Shown here: positions 1 to 11,141 of the stretch, piece after piece
Numbering within the stretch: the first letter of the stretch is position 1
Layout: each line of letters opens with the position of its first letter
Assembly (NCBI GenBank): GCA_017654855.1
Contig: CM030335.1
Coordinates: 3,844,001-3,908,000 of the forward strand
Length of the DNA stretch: 64,000 nt
Origin: Podospora anserina
Lineage: Eukaryota
Direction of reading: 5' to 3'
Made by a program: the position numbers and the translations under genes
The notes under the pieces: generated by a model
The model's database searches: none
What the model was told of the DNA's origin: nothing
What the model saw: only the letters and a program-made list of their open reading frames with translations

Positions 1-2245
1 GAATATCAAGAATCCGGCTGTAAAACGTCGGTTTGATGTTGTTGAATTTGTTCACGAAAGCGTGCTTGACCCAGTCCACAACCATTTCACTGCCAATCAC
101 GACAAAAAAGGGAGACAAAACCTCGCCAGACCAGAGCCACGACGGCATGATGGTGAAGCTAGCCGGGAGTATCGATGAGGTGTGAAGCGGAAAACTGCTC
201 GGGCCGCCATCGTCGCCGCCCGCGCCCGGAACCCAGAATCCTCCCACTTCCACAATGTTGCGCATGGCGATAATGACGAGCATGATCCAGAGCTGAAAAC
301 GCTCCACAATGTCGGCGCAGGCTAGCTGAAACGTGTTCTCCTTTTCGAAGCGTTTAAAGACGGAGCTCTTGATCTCCACGAACTGATTCGACAAGAGCAG
401 CGTCATCAGCGCATTCGAGTACGAGTTGACAGCAACATTGAGCGCAATGACCTGGTAGAACAGGATGACAGAGTGTAAAATGTTGTACACAAGAGCACCT
501 AGAAACATGCCCAGCGGAAGCATAACCTTGGAGCGGCCAGAGCTATTCCTAGACAGCGTCTCGGCACTAAACAAGCACTCCAAAACGTCCTGACCAAGAG
601 CCGACATGAGCCGGTCTCCTACTTCGAGCAGGTTGTAGATGGCGTATAGTTTGATGGCGGACTGTGCACGGATGAAATGGTACATCCGGCTGGCGTCTAG
701 GTTCATCAGGGCAACGGAGCTGCAAATAATGATGGCACCTTGCAAAAGATCGGCCTTGTTGTACGACGTCAGATTCGATGGGCTTGACTTGGTTCGTCGA
801 TGTCGAAAGGTCCTCGGCGGCCGGTTGCTTGGTCGCTTAGACAACGGAACCGAACCGCCGCTGTGTGTACGAGAGGTCTCACGGCGACGAGAGGTTGGCT
901 CGCCGGCAGCAGCAGAGACCCCAGAGGACTGGCCCCCGACGCCATCCCCTACATCGCGTGCCCTGCTACGGCTCCTAGACTCATCCATTTGGCCCAAATC
1001 ATGGTGGTTGATCTTGGACGTAGACCTGCCACGCCGTCCTCTCTCCCACATGCGTCCAAGCCCGTACCAGACAAAACCGACCAGCCACCTTGCTTCTTTT
1101 TGTAGGACATGGCACCACCACTGAACCAAGATAGAAAGCGAAAGACAAAATCGCATTGGCAGAATTGTAAATGTCCAAAGCCAAGCATCCAAGCAAGCCA
1201 GCGCCCCAAAGATGATGGTTCTTTCCAGAAACCACGGGAGCATCATGACGTTTTTGAGACGCTCAAACTTGACCGCACTAGATTCGTAGGGTATATCGGT
1301 GGTATAGGAGTGGTGAATGTACAACGGACTGGGCCGCTGACCTGCCAATTCCAGCTGAAGAAGCGTAGGGACCGACATTGGCGGCAGCGGTACCGATGGC
1401 GGTACAGGTGAAGGAGGGATGTCTTCCGCGGCGTCACCCCTCCTAGGTGCCGGCTGTTTAGACGTTTCCGAAGCGTGATTTCCCTTGCCTTCTAGATCAA
1501 GAGGGGCGGGCCGAGGAGGCGGTTGAAAAGAATTGCGCCGATTCGAGGAGGGCGACTGCGCAGGAGGTTGACTCGTCGACTTTCGTCTGCTCATTGGCGG
1601 CGTAGACAACGTCCTTCCACCCAGATTCGGGCGTGCCTGAAAGGTTGGTCGTGCGTTTCCCGCATCCTGTCGAGTATCCAAGCCGTCCACCCGTGGAAAC
1701 TCGTGACGATCGGCCACAGCGGTCCGGCTGATGGTCTCGGCGATTCCCGCGCTCAACGGTTGATCTGCTAGCCTGCGCTCTGGCACGGCAGCCACTGGGA
1801 GGGATTCGGGGGCTGCAGTCAGCTCTTGCATTTTGGAGGCTGACAGTCTCCTCACGCCGCCGCCCGGGTTGCTTGTTTTTGTGTTTGACCGACTTCGTGT
1901 CTTGGGGACGGCGACGGTCGTCTGGTTCAGAATTTCGGGCTTTGCATCGTGGCTGTTCCCTTCAGAGGAGGATAGCTCCGCTGAGGGCTCGACATCGCTT
2001 TGGCTTTCTTCCGAGGGTTCTGGTGTCGGGACACCTCTCGTTGGGCTTGTAGTCGCGCGCTCGTAAACAAGTTGTTCTTCGGTTGTCGGGTCTGGACGTG
2101 GATCGCTCGGTGTCAGTATTGGTGATGGGAGATGGCTGATAGATTGAGACAGCTTGCGGTGGGCAAGCTTGACAGCGCTGGGGCCGTTGGTCGTAGAAGG
2201 GGTGAAGGAGTCCTCGTCAGGCCCCTCGCCGACTATGGTCGCCAT
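1..2245 (-). CDS. ER membrane protein Emp65/TAPT1 (DUF747) family; 3' end lies beyond window start
   Basis: Manual minus-strand translation from ATG at 2245 gives a low-complexity N-terminus, then FGALACLDAWLWTFTILPMR, DASRMYHFIRAQSAIKLYAIYNLLEVGDRL and NVAVNSYSNALMTLLLSNQFVEIKSSVFKRFEKEN, typical DUF747 motifs. It is absent from the ORF track, presumably because it runs off the edge. Confidence 0.9.
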   Translation of the reverse strand, partial: MATIVGEGPDEDSFTPSTTNGPSAVKLAHRKLSQSISHLPSPILTPSDPRPDPTTEEQLVYERATTSPTRGVPTPEPSEESQSDVEPSAELSSSEGNSHDAKPEILNQTTVAVPKTRSRSNTKTSNPGGGVRRLSASKMQELTAAPESLPVAAVPERRLADQPLSAGIAETISRTAVADRHEFPRVDGLDTRQDAGNARPTFQARPNLGGRTLSTPPMSRRKSTSQPPAQSPSSNRRNSFQPPPRPAPLDLEGKGNHASETSKQPAPRRGDAAEDIPPSPVPPSVPLPPMSVPTLLQLELAGQRPSPLYIHHSYTTDIPYESSAVKFERLKNVMMLPWFLERTIIFGALACLDAWLWTFTILPMRFCLSLSILVQWWCHVLQKEARWLVGFVWYGLGRMWERGRRGRSTSKINHHDLGQMDESRSRSRARDVGDGVGGQSSGVSAAAGEPTSRRRETSRTHSGGSVPLSKRPSNRPPRTFRHRRTKSSPSNLTSYNKADLLQGAIIICSSVALMNLDASRMYHFIRAQSAIKLYAIYNLLEVGDRLMSALGQDVLECLFSAETLSRNSSGRSKVMLPLGMFLGALVYNILHSVILFYQVIALNVAVNSYSNALMTLLLSNQFVEIKSSVFKRFEKENTFQLACADIVERFQLWIMLVIIAMRNIVEVGGFWVPGAGGDDGGPSSFPLHTSSILPASFTIMPSWLWSGEVLSPFFVVIGSEMVVDWVKHAFVNKFNNIKPTFYSRILDI

Positions 2246-3424
2246 GATTAGTCGGTGGTTCACACCATCTCAGCGCGTTCTCTTGACATATGAAGGAATA
2301 CTAGGTACTCCGTATGGCGGTTTGCGCTCTGCACCAAAGAATGGGTGAAGTGTTGTCTTTGCTGGCCAGGTGGTTGCACAGCGACAATGCACAATCCCGG
2401 CTTGGCAGCCACAAACCCCAGATGACGTTTGATCCATCTATCTAGGCTTGGCATACTGAAGTGGCAGGAGACCCTAACCCTAGCCAGCACCGCAATCTCC
2501 GCCGTGGGCAACCTGGCTTGCTTGGTCAGCACCGAGCGGCTCTTCCCGTATCACGGACTTTCGTCACAACTCGCAACAATTTGGCCTCAAGCTGACATGC
2601 TAAGCCCATTGAACTCGATTCGATTTCGGAGCGATATGCGGACTGATTGGAAGCCGCGCGCAACTGGCTTTGTCGGACTCGTGCACAACCCTACTATCAG
2701 CTCCTGGAAGGATTTTTGACCGCCGGGATTCGGTCTTGATGTTGTTAATTATATTCCACAGCTTTCGAGACTGTAGTATCGCTGCTGACTTGCATTGACT
2801 GCCTTGCGCCAAGACAAGATTGCTATCCGTATTAGGTGGTAACCCACGCGGCTGGGTGTCCAACAACCAACAACATGCGGAAATACTGTAAGCCGAGTGG
2901 TTGGTGGTTGCGGCCGCGACGTTGTGTATTTGCGAAGGCACCGAAAGTGGCTCCTTTAAGACACAACAGGCCCATCGGTTGGAGGTAACACCATTGGCCT
3001 CCTCTGTTAACAGGGAACCGACCGTATGGGATACAATGTCGTTAGCCCAGTACCCTGCTCTGGTAAAGCAGTGGTACGATAAGCCGTGCTAGTCACTTTC
3101 TAGCTCAGGTAGCCACCATGTAGATACCTGCCTGGTACCTACTTGATGGATCCCATGGACAAAGTGAACGATGGCAGGGGGTTCCGCTAAGACCGAGCTG
3201 CCCATGCGGACATGATGTAGTTCCGGGCAGCACACCGCAAGATCTTTTGTATCGTTGATTTATAATACCAAAGCCATTTGGCACTGGAAAAGCCTATAAG
3301 AAGGAGGGCATCTGCGACCCTTCACCGATCTAGTGAAGCCAGATCTATCATCACAACTACCTCAGACACACAGGCTCATCCCTCAACAAACCAAAGACAC
3401 AACCTCAGCCTTCACACATTCACC

Positions 3425-4504
3425 ATGCCTGAAACCAACGGCACACAGCTTACCGAGGAGGAGATCAAGAGCTTTGGCCCGCTGGCCAAGTCGCTCGAAG
3501 AGCGCCGAGCTGCTGGTCCCAAGGTGACAACTGCTTACCCGTCCGGCCCTCCTCAAGGCATGCAAGCCTACCTCGGACCTTCCATGTTCCAGCCACATCG
3601 GGCCCGTCAAGCCATACGAGATGCCCACGAGAAGAAGATCCCACCTCTTATCGGCTTCTACGCAGGCCTATCTTCGATTCCGCTCATGCGTTACATGGCT
3701 CCCTTCGGGTTTGATGTGGTGTGGATTGACTGGGAGCACACTTCCTGCAACGTCGAGACCATGACGTCTCTTGTCCACGACGCCATCTTCATGAGCCAGG
3801 GCAAAACCATCCCATTCGTTCGGGTTCCCGGCCACGACCACGCTGCCATTGGCTTTGCCCTCGATGCCGGCGCCAGCATTGTCATCCCTCAGTTGGAGAC
3901 GGTCGAAGAGGCAAAGCATGTCATGAGCAGCTCCAAGTTCGGAACCAAGAACAGGGGCACAAGATCAGCGCCACCCTTTCGATTGATTCCTACCCTCACC
4001 GATCAGGGTTACGACGGTGCGAGAGATGTTTGGCAGAATTGGTAAGCCTTCTTTTCCCTCTCTGCTTCTTTTCGAAACCCACGAGGTATGGAAGGCAGAC
4101 GAGAGACTGACTTGAACGGCTGTAGGAACGACCAAGCGGCGGTCATGGTTCAAATTGAATCCCTTGCCGGCATCAACAACCTTGACGCCATCCTCACCGA
4201 GTGCCCCGATATTGATGTCGTGTGGCTCGGAGCGCTCGACTGCCGCATCAGTATGAATCTGCCTGCAAACTTTGGAATGGGCAGTGAGCCCGAATGGTTG
4301 GAGGCAAAGGAGAAATTCTACACAACATTGAAGAAGCACAACAAGCCCCTCGCGGGCTTCTGCTTTGCACCTGGCGATGCGCTGACCGAAGCAGCTCAGG
4401 AGCATAGCATGATTCTTCACGGCGCAGATGTCACGAAGCTTCTTGAACTTCAGCAGGAGTTGGCGAACGCCAGGGAGGCTGTAAAGGGGGTTGTAAAGCA
4501 GTAG
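3425..4504 (+). CDS. HpcH/HpaI aldolase/citrate lyase family protein
   Basis: Motifs GFDVVWIDWEH, PFVRVP, ALDAGASIVIPQLET, VQIES and DVVWLGALD. One GT-AG intron at 4042-4125 joins the two ORFs in frame. Confidence 0.9.
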
Positions 4505-4825
4505 GGTGTTTGTAACTCGTCTTACTCTACACAGACCAACATGTCTCATTTTATATGTATGAACTACCTACCCTACTATAGATTCCAATTGTCAACCATG
4601 TGGCCAAGACTTACACCTGCACCAGCCACATCCTCTTGGTTTAATTTCATGCAAGTAGCCGCAAGTGTCCCGGACGTCCGACAATCTACTCGCGCTCCTT
4701 GTCCGCACTCGGATTCCATTCCATCTTCTTTCCTTTCTCGCTGCATTATATTACCGAGACTTTTGGGTTAAGATAGTTTTGCCCGAAATCATACCGGTAG
4801 ACTTGTTTATTTACTAACAATAGTC

Positions 4826-5536
4826 ATGTGGTCCATTCTTCATCTGGCCGTTATATCAGCTGCTTTCCGGTGCATCAGTGCATCTACTGACACGGCCACC
4901 AAACCAGCCCATCCTCCTCTGAACATCACGGCATTGTCATCCCATGACGGGTATTCGGTCCTGGAATGCTGGCAACTGGCCTCACTTCCAGTCGACGCAA
5001 TGCAGGCGGCCAATTACGTTGTTGGGGGGCAAACGACAAAGGCAGTTTGGTCACGCATTGAACCTCGTACTCACATTGGTGAGGCATGGGCACCACACGC
5101 ACAGTTTGTTGTCCCCATGAGTCTTCTCTGGCGTCTCATTTTGAGCAATCTGCTGAAGAATCATTATTCATGCAGACTCTCCATAATACTGAACGGACTT
5201 ATCAGAATCACCTCGCCGGCTCCGAGACCGACTGATGGAAATGGAAAAGGTCCGCTGAACGATTCCGTCATGATGTCAATTGGCCACGGTGAAGTCGACA
5301 TGGGAGTAGTGAGAGAAGATCAGGAATACAAAAAACCAGAAACCAAAACCGCCTACATCCTCCCAGGAACTCTCAGGTCGTCTATGCTCATCGCAGCAGA
5401 TTTGAAGAGCATCAGTACCCTAGCGGGCCATTATACAGAATTCCCGAGCGATGAGCCTACTCTGCTAGTGCAGATCCCCTTTGATGGGGATGTAGTACCC
5501 GAGCACATCGTCTTGTATGAGGGCGGTTGTCACTAG
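4826..5536 (+). CDS. Secreted protein of unknown function (possibly cupin-like)
   Basis: Hydrophobic N-terminal signal, NITALS...ECWQL and APHAQ segments. Probable in-frame 72-nt intron at 5104-5175. Confidence 0.7.
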   Translation: MWSILHLAVISAAFRCISASTDTATKPAHPPLNITALSSHDGYSVLECWQLASLPVDAMQAANYVVGGQTTKAVWSRIEPRTHIGEAWAPHAQFVVPMSLLWRLILSNLLKNHYSCRLSIILNGLIRITSPAPRPTDGNGKGPLNDSVMMSIGHGEVDMGVVREDQEYKKPETKTAYILPGTLRSSMLIAADLKSISTLAGHYTEFPSDEPTLLVQIPFDGDVVPEHIVLYEGGCH

Positions 5537-5643
5537 ATGGAATAGAGTTTGTAGAATAGGTTCCAGTTGTGCCACAAGCGCTAATCATACAGTTTGTTTG
5601 CTGCCCGTAATGCCCAGAACGTTCCGCGGGTCGTCACTCTCGT

Positions 5644-5941
5644 TTACTGTCAAAGTTAGACTCTTTGACATACTGTGGACTGGGGCATGGGAGCTTACCT
5701 TTGTCTCTTTCTCTTTAGCGCCCGTCTCACTCAAATCAGCCTGTTCCTTCCGCGCTGGGTCTGCTTTCTCCAAGGCAGGCTGGGATGCTTCAGGAGCCGC
5801 AAGAGACCCCGGATTGTTGTCGGTTGTGGGCTTGTGGTCAGGATATGGCCCGCGGGTGTGAGGATCATATGACTCGGTGGTTGCCTGTTCACGCCGAGAA
5901 GGATCGACGACGTCTTTAAGGGACTCGATGATGTCGGACAT
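5644..5941 (-). CDS. Small hydrophilic protein (~81 aa)
   Basis: AAAATG start context and a charged sequence (MSDIIESLKDVVDPSRRE...). Canonical intron 5698-5647 (GTAAGC..CTAAC..ACAG) is followed directly by TAA. Confidence 0.6.
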
Positions 5942-6217
5942 TTTGGCTTCTGTGGTGTGTTGATGTTGAGTTCTGGGTATCGAGAAATGGTGATGGCCAT
6001 AAGGTGATTAGGCAAATTGAACTGTTTTGAAGGCGACCTGATTGCTGGCTTGTTACACAAAGGCTGGGGACGATGGGTGCAATGATGTCATTGCTGGTCC
6101 CAGAGCATCGGAGTGGGGCAAACAACTGGGAGATTTATTGGTGCCTGCCAAGACTCTCTCTTCTAAGATACAATGATGTCACCAAGCTACAGATATCTGT
6201 AACTATCAGGTATTGCT

Positions 6218-6600
6218 CTAAGCTGTGGTGCTCGAGTGATACCTCTGAGTCTGACCTCCAGGTTCGTAGACCACTAGGCCGGATCCCGTTCTCTCAGACT
6301 CCTGGCACGCCACCTTGGAATGGCAGTCAGCACAGAAGAAGTCAACATAGTCCCAGCAGTACACAAGACTGTAGAAGCAGAAAGGAGCTGACAATATGCA
6401 GCATAGGTTCCTCCATAGCCTGTGAACCGCCATTCCAAGCTCAGTTAGCTCTGCCATAGACACGCTGTCAATGGGGTGGTGATTGAAACTCACTCGGTGC
6501 CTTTACGGACTTCCTCCCGTTCAACCGTGGTGACCCGGCGGCAGAATGGACATTTAACCTTTGGGGGGCTTGAGGGATCAAATTGCACATTTCCCAACAT
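6218..6600 (-). CDS. LITAF-like zinc-ribbon protein 1 (start uncertain)
   Basis: KCPFC...intron 6493-6420...hydrophobic Cys-rich stretch...FFCADCHSKVA. The frame is open upstream to ~6735 without a clear ATG; the nearest in-frame ATG is at 6600. Confidence 0.7.
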
Positions 6601-7215
6601 CTGGAGGGGGGTGGTCAACGGCTCAGCATTTAGTGCTGTTTGACCCACGATGGTAGTGTTGCTCGAGTTTGATGTAGATCGATGAATGTCTGCTCCAACA
6701 AATTGACGGGAGTACAGAGTGATTGAGCATAGGACTTAGGCATATATACCAACACTCCTGGTTTTGCCTTATCTGAAACAGGAACAAGCCATTCACAGCG
6801 GCATTACGGCGGCGCCACGAAAGCCACTGTCCGCAACGTGGGCTAGTTCTGTGTACAGTATGCTTGGACCATTGTCACTCAACCTGCCCACGGTTACTAA
6901 TTGAAACTAAAAGTCAAGGTAGGTATGAATCCGTTGAAGCGACAAACGCGCCGGTCCGCCGTGACAACTCTGTCTTGCATTCGGCATTATAAACCCAGAG
7001 GCCGGAAGTTAGGAAGGTTTACCTATCAGCTCTCACTTATATTTGCTTAATCGTATACACCATCTGACGCCACCGCCCAAGTCACATGGCGTTTTCCTTT
7101 TTGTGGCTTGCTGCTGCCACAAAACCCGACAATTACCCCGCTCTGGCTGGCTTTTGATCTCGCTTTCTCCCGGCGATAATCAGCGTTTTGTCAAGGAGAC
7201 TGTCTCTCTTGCACC

Positions 7216-7763
7216 ATGGAGCCTAGTAATCTCGAACCTCCATCATATACCTCTGCAGTCACCAATAATTCTTGCCAGCTTCAGGTCGGTGCTGGCGGAT
7301 TACCGCCACCTCCTTATGCTGCAACGTTGCCAACCCTTTTCTCTCCGACAGCAGAACGAGAGGATATCATCCAAACAATACCTCTTCACCTTTTACACGA
7401 ATATGACCACGGCCCATATATCCGGTGGATCGACTGCCCATTCTGCTTAAAAGGCACTCCTGTAAGAAGGGCCGTAACCAGGGGTTTTCAGTAAGTCAAA
7501 AACAGTCAACTCTATGGCGTCTGGACCAATTCAACGTGCTAAACTGGTCCCCGCGCGCTCCACGCAGCAACGGTGTATTGAAGATGTGGCTCGGCTGGTC
7601 CATCATCACAGGAGGCATCGGGATGTTTTACCGACCAACTCATAACGACACGGTCGATTACTTTTGCGGTGACTGCCAAAACAAGGTGGCAACGAGCCAT
7701 CCAGACAAGGGCCCGATGGAGACGTTTGGACCAGGGGGTCATAGTCGAACGTTTGATAGGTAG
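7216..7763 (+). CDS. LITAF-like zinc-ribbon protein 2
   Basis: PPSY and PPPY motifs, WIDCPFC, intron 7491-7567, hydrophobic segment, then YFCGDCQNKVA. Confidence 0.85.
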
Positions 7764-8543
7764 ATAAGGTAGACTCTAATTCAGCGAGTGTTTTTTATCC
7801 AAAATTCACTGAATTACCTGCAATTTAGCATGATACATTTGGGTAGGCTTTGACAGCTGCACAAGAAAAGGAGGCATGGGAATGTTGGAGTGTCATCCTC
7901 CATGGGGAACAACTGGACCAGATCCGGAGCCCGAGCCGAACTGGCTCCACATCCGGCCTGTTGGGTTGGATGATTTGGCAAGTCTTGGAAGTGTCTATCT
8001 ACCTATTTACCTAGGAGGAGGCTTGTAAATGCAGTAGCGTAAATTCTCATGGCAAGATTCACCAAACCTGATGCCACCCTGGAGGATTTTGCCTCGCCGA
8101 TTTTCGCTTCGGCAGAGCCAAGTTCGACTAAATCCAACCATCAATTCTATACGGTGCCCTACTTCTGGGCATTCAGACTTGGCTTTTACCAGCTTTATGG
8201 GTTGCTCTCGGCAAACAGGCAGTGTGCCAGTAGCTAACCATCCAAATCCGAACTAGCCAAAGAATAGCAGCTCGTACACCAACTGCGCCTCTTTATTGAT
8301 ATTTCACCTGGCAGGCAAGGCAGAAAACCCGTGCTTGGTGTGGAGCATATGCGAGGTTCTTATGTCCTTTTAGTTTATGCTCGGAAAACAAATGTCGAGT
8401 CACTGCCAAGCTTGTGTTCATGTGTGCGAGAGCGCGTGGTATAAAGGAACCGCGTTCGCCTGCTGCCACATTCCTGAAGAAAGGCCTCCCTACAAACACC
8501 TCTCGTCGCACCCCAGCTAGAGAATCAACACTATCCCTTCACC

Positions 8544-9103
8544 ATGTCGCAAAAAGTTGAGCAATCACCTACAGAGCTCCCTCTGGCCAATCTCCCTAGT
8601 CCAGCCGTCGATGGTGTATCGCCACCTGAGTACAGTGCTGGTCCTGGTAGTCCAGGGGCCCTACAAACGCCGACCCCTGCCGTCACCGCCCAACCAAAGG
8701 CGACAGCACCACCTACAGCCACGCCTGGTCAGATCATTATAACACCTCTCAATCAGATTGGTGAGCGGACGCAATGGATCCAGTGTCCATTTTGTTTGCA
8801 GACGTCCAAGATACAAGTCCGAAAGGAAGGGTCGACCATGCAGGTGTATGTTTCCTCTCCTCATCGCGGTATCTCGGACAACTATCCACCATGTTTTGCT
8901 GACACTATATATCTGCTAATAGGGTTGCGGGAGTTCTCTGCTGTTTGCTCTGCGTCTGCCTTGCCTGTGTCCCATGCCTCGCCCATTGGTTTGAAGACAC
9001 CGAGTACCGTTGCGCTACTTGTCATAAGATCGTGGCAACTGAAAACTATGATGGGATATACAAGACACATGGACCTGGCGGGTCTGTGCAAAGGCTGAAT
9101 TGA
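8544..9103 (+). CDS. LITAF-like zinc-ribbon protein 3
   Basis: PPEY motif, WIQCPFC, intron 8846-8922, then VAGVLCCLLCVCLACVPCLAHWFEDTEYRCATCHKIVA; stop at 9101-9103. Confidence 0.9.
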
Positions 9104-9219
9104 GACAGACAAAGCAGCAGCAGGTGAAGCAAGGCGGCTGGAACGGTGGTCAGAATTGCAGTAATGATAATACCCATTTGTTTGACGATAGGAGTTAATG
9201 GAGAGCAACGATGTTCCAA

Positions 9220-9720
9220 TCACTGCAGTGCGTGCGGTCTCAGATCTTCTCTCACAAAAACAATCACAAATCTTTCACAGAGAACCTCGCTTTCGTCCCC
9301 AAACTCCTCAGGCGGCTTCCCATCCCGTAGACGCTGTTCAGTATAGAACTCGCGGTGCCCTTGTTTATATTCATCGACTGAACCCTCGGCCTCGGCCAGC
9401 GCAAAGTCATCGGCGACATCTCGGAATTTGCAGACTTTTAGTTCGACGGTCTGCATCAGCGCTCCAGGTTTGCCGTTCCCATCCAGAATGACGGAGTAAT
9501 CGCCCACACCCCAGCGCAGAGGGTTAGGAACCGGCCAGGAGGTGGTGGCTGTTTTCTTGCCTTGAATGGCCAGGGACAGACGGCTATCGGCAAGCTGAGA
9601 AGATGTGCCCCCAAAGTGAAAGATGTCCCTGGGCTGAGAGGAATCAAGAATGATGTGACGACTGGCGAGATTGGCAGACGCCGAAGCCATGAATTCAACA
9701 ATATCAGGTGAGAGGGCCAT
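9220..9720 (-). CDS. ASCH (PUA-like) domain protein, YhfF-like
   Basis: Intronless 166-aa ORF from ATG at 9720 with LAIQGKKTATTS, VGDYSVILDGNGKP, FALAEAEG and VLCERF, hallmark ASCH motifs. Confidence 0.85.
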   Translation of the reverse strand: MALSPDIVEFMASASANLASRHIILDSSQPRDIFHFGGTSSQLADSRLSLAIQGKKTATTSWPVPNPLRWGVGDYSVILDGNGKPGALMQTVELKVCKFRDVADDFALAEAEGSVDEYKQGHREFYTEQRLRDGKPPEEFGDESEVLCERFVIVFVREDLRPHALQ

Positions 9721-11141
9721 TTTTGAAGCGTGTATAAAGTGATGGTGGTGGTGTTCCCTCTCCCGGGGCTCTGGCTGACAACCCCCACAACACCGTAGCC
9801 CGTGCACACCCTGTCCTCCTTAAGGTAGCTTCGGCAGGCACAATTCCTGCAGGTGGCAGCTTTCCCATACAAAACCGAGCTGCTTTCCATGTTTGAACAA
9901 CACCCAGTCTGGCCATGTCAAAGTGTAGCGTCGAATGAAGACAGCCACAGCCTCCCACGCCGGCAACGGGATCGAAAGCAGAAACCAAGCCGAGGCTTCT
10001 TGAACTCTACCGCATCCAAAATCGCAGCGGATGGCAGGTGAATCTGACAGCAGGTAGAGAGGAGATCTACAGGTGGACAAATTGGGATGGTAAAGTTGCA
10101 TGCACCCGGCTTTCGGCTCGGCATATCTAGATTAGGAAGCTGCTGAACCCTCCTGATGCTCATGCTCGCAAAGAGTGCGGAGCTACGTTTCCCGTCGAGC
10201 GTGTGTTTGTGAGGTTGATGAGATAAGGTAGGTAGCCCACGATACGTATGGACCGTGCGTCTGGCGTCGGTTGCGGGGGGAAATGCATGGCCAAGTGGTC
10301 AACAGCCTGGCTTGCTCCCCCCCCGGCTCTGTCCTGCCACCCGGGCACTCCTTCCGGGTGGTCGTCTTCGCTTGCTCCGTGAATCACCTGCTGCATCTGG
10401 CAGGCTGGGATGACTGCACGGTCCGTCTGGCTCTGTGGCTCTCCACTCTGTGCCACCCGGATGGCATGATGTCAAAACTGGTTTGACACATTGCAAATAT
10501 CCAGACCGCCCTGGAAACATGAAAGCTTTTTCTGGCGGAAGGGCAAAATAGCGATGTCGGCATGTCTACCTAGGCCCCCCCCCCCGGGTCCCAAGCATCC
10601 CCGCAGAAAGAGGGCTGCAGAATGGCTCGAGCAACCCCTGAAATCCCGTTGCACCTCTCTGGCCCAACCCAACGAGCTTCTGCTTGCGGATGAACACCCG
10701 CTCTGTTGAGCAGTTTTGGCCAGCTTCCTGAACCGTCGTCCCTTTTTTCCCACGCGACAGAACAGTTGCACTATGCTGCTTGGAAACCTATAGCGACAGA
10801 AATCCCAACCCTCGTCACCACGACACCGAGCGCCGAGATCGGAACATGCCGACGGCCTCAGCGTGTTAAAGGGCCAAAGATCGTCCCGATTGGCCATAAG
10901 CATGCGCCCTTTCGCGCCCTTTGGATCTCGCAAGCAGGACCTGGAGTTTGCGCAGCGCCCGATGGGTGCGGCTCCCCCCAACGGCGCAGGGTTGTTTTTT
11001 CCGTCTGCCGCCGCAGACAGCCCACCCAGTTCTTCGTCACTTATATCACACCTGCATAGGTGACCCCGGCGTACCAAGGTGGTGTTCTTCCCTTCTTTTT
11101 GGGGCAACTCGGCGTGTTGGGAGCTGAGCTCTGCCGCTGAG

